IMG/VR virus record: IMGVR_UViG_2939311655_000001
Coordinates: 24,577-88,576 of that record
Direction: 5' to 3' (one strand)
DNA length: 64,000 bases
Origin: a virus
Taxonomy: Duplodnaviria; Caudoviricetes
This document shows positions 62,639 through 64,000 of the stretch, piece by piece (position 1 is the stretch's first letter; each line of letters begins with the position of its first letter). Under the pieces are notes generated by a model. That model did no database searches. It was not told where the DNA came from and saw nothing but the letters and a program-made list of their open reading frames with translations. A program made the position numbers and the translations under genes.

Positions 62639-64000
62639 ATGCCGGGATACATCGAGGACCGCTGGTACACCAAGCGGCCCGACCCCGAGACCGGGAAGCG
62701 GCGCGAGACAGCCCGCCACGGGCAAGGCAAGCGCTGGCGCGTCGCAGGGATCCCCGGCGTCCGGGACCGCAGCTTCGAGAAGCTGGAAGGTGTGCACGGC
62801 GCAAAGGCGTGGCTGAAGAAGTCCGCAACTGACGCCTCGTCCGGTGAGTTCTACGATCCGCGCGACGGCTCGATGCCCCTGCGGGACTATGTAGAAGAGC
62901 ACTGGTGGCCAACCGTGCGCTATCCGCCGACTACAAGGCCGTCTGTGCGGTCGCGGGTCTTCGGGCACATCCTTCCGCACGTCGGAAGTCTGGCGCTGAA
63001 CCGGATCGGCTTCGACGAGATCAAGGCGTGGCAAGTGCGCGCTGAACAAGACATCGACGTCGGGACGCTCGCCGTCACCTGGGCGCACTTCTCTACGATC
63101 CTGCAAGCGGCGTACAAGGCCAAACGGATTCCCACGAACCCCTTCCGGGACCCCGACCTTCGGGCGCCGCGCATTCCCACCAGCAAGGCGTTTGCCTGGC
63201 CCCAGGACACTGTGGCAGCTGTGCAGGCCGAACTCCCGGATCGATATCGCATCCTGGTGAGCCTGGCGGCAGGAGCCGGTCTGCGGCAGGGGGAGGCTCT
63301 CGGCTTCTCGCCCGACGACATCAAGGGCGAGGACATCAGGGTTGTCCGGCAGGTCCTGAAGGTGAATGGGCACTTTGCGTTCGGGCCGCCGAAGCGGAAC
63401 AAGGAGCGGGACGCGCCATGCGCTCCTGAGCTGGCGGCGGCCATCAAGGAGTACGCCAACCGCTTCCCGACCCTTGAGGTCACACTGCCCTGGATCGATC
63501 CGGACCGACCGAACATGGCGTGGGAGGACCGGCCGATGCGGACCGTGCGGCTGTTGGTCACCACGCAGTTCGGGAACTGCATCAACAAGGACACGTTCAA
63601 CGACAAGCGCTGGAAGCCGGCGCTGGCCAATGCTGGCCTCATCCCCGCGGCAACGGTGACGTTGGTGGAGCCGAAGAAGGGCAAGAGTGCGTGGCGCAAG
63701 GAGAAGTGGGTAATGCCGCGCGAGTACGGGTTCCACGCCCTCCGGCATACGTTCGCCAGCCTCGTCCTGTCTGAGGGTGAGACGATCACGCAACTGGCTG
63801 CGTGGTTGGGTCACTCGGATCCGGCGTTCACGCTTCGGACCTATGTGCACTTCATGCCGAAGTCGGGGAACCGTGGCCGGGCCGCGCTCGGGCGATTCCT
63901 GACCGGCGGTGTGGAGGCGGCTCCCGCCCTCGGTGCGACTCCCAGCACGGCGATTCCTAATGGATCTCCCCAGATTCTCCCCAACGACTCAACGGCATAG
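62639..64000 (+). CDS. int: Tyrosine recombinase / phage integrase
   Basis: Catalytic set GLRQGE (R), PPKRNK (K), FHALRH (HxxR), LGH and TLRTYVH (Y). Confidence 0.96.
   Translation: MPGYIEDRWYTKRPDPETGKRRETARHGQGKRWRVAGIPGVRDRSFEKLEGVHGAKAWLKKSATDASSGEFYDPRDGSMPLRDYVEEHWWPTVRYPPTTRPSVRSRVFGHILPHVGSLALNRIGFDEIKAWQVRAEQDIDVGTLAVTWAHFSTILQAAYKAKRIPTNPFRDPDLRAPRIPTSKAFAWPQDTVAAVQAELPDRYRILVSLAAGAGLRQGEALGFSPDDIKGEDIRVVRQVLKVNGHFAFGPPKRNKERDAPCAPELAAAIKEYANRFPTLEVTLPWIDPDRPNMAWEDRPMRTVRLLVTTQFGNCINKDTFNDKRWKPALANAGLIPAATVTLVEPKKGKSAWRKEKWVMPREYGFHALRHTFASLVLSEGETITQLAAWLGHSDPAFTLRTYVHFMPKSGNRGRAALGRFLTGGVEAAPALGATPSTAIPNGSPQILPNDSTA

Larger units (their letters stand above)
1..64000. mobile_element. 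Temperate actinobacterial (Streptomyces-like) siphovirus or prophage, partial (tail and lysis genes outside window)
   Basis: Terminase-portal-scaffold-capsid-adaptor cassette at left. Recombination, replication and WhiB genes in the middle. cro/cI/tyrosine integrase at right. High GC and overlapping stop/start junctions throughout. Confidence 0.96.

Noticed and set aside
63900-64000. Attachment site
   Set aside because: The window ends at the integrase stop codon, so att cannot be seen.

Overview
This GC-rich window is most of a temperate actinobacterial siphovirus or prophage, very probably from Streptomyces, read right to left. A tyrosine integrase, repressor and cro switch lie at the right end. 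A long leftward early operon follows (antirepressors, RecE/Sak4-like recombination pair, WhiB, C5 methyltransferase, replication initiator and loader), and the packaging and head genes (terS, terL, portal, scaffold, HK97-type capsid, adaptors) lie at the left end. Tail and lysis genes are outside the window. Two accessory systems stand out. (1) A ~15 kb block (~23.9-39.4 kb) interrupts the early operon and looks like a Streptomyces-type conjugation and replication module. It has a TraB-like FtsK translocase, a clt-like array of GACCCGGC-type 8-mers at 11-bp spacing, SpdB2- and SpdD-like membrane proteins, a free FtsK gamma domain, a KorSA-like GntR repressor with matching operators, and a second replication initiator with its own iterons. 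The element may therefore both package virions and conjugate. (2) A candidate virion-glycosylation system: a GT4 gene coupled directly behind a capsid protein ending in Ser, plus a GT2/methyltransferase/epimerase cassette led by a collagen-stalk GDPD fibre and a structured tRNA-like leader. All calls come from reading motifs by eye; no database searches were run.
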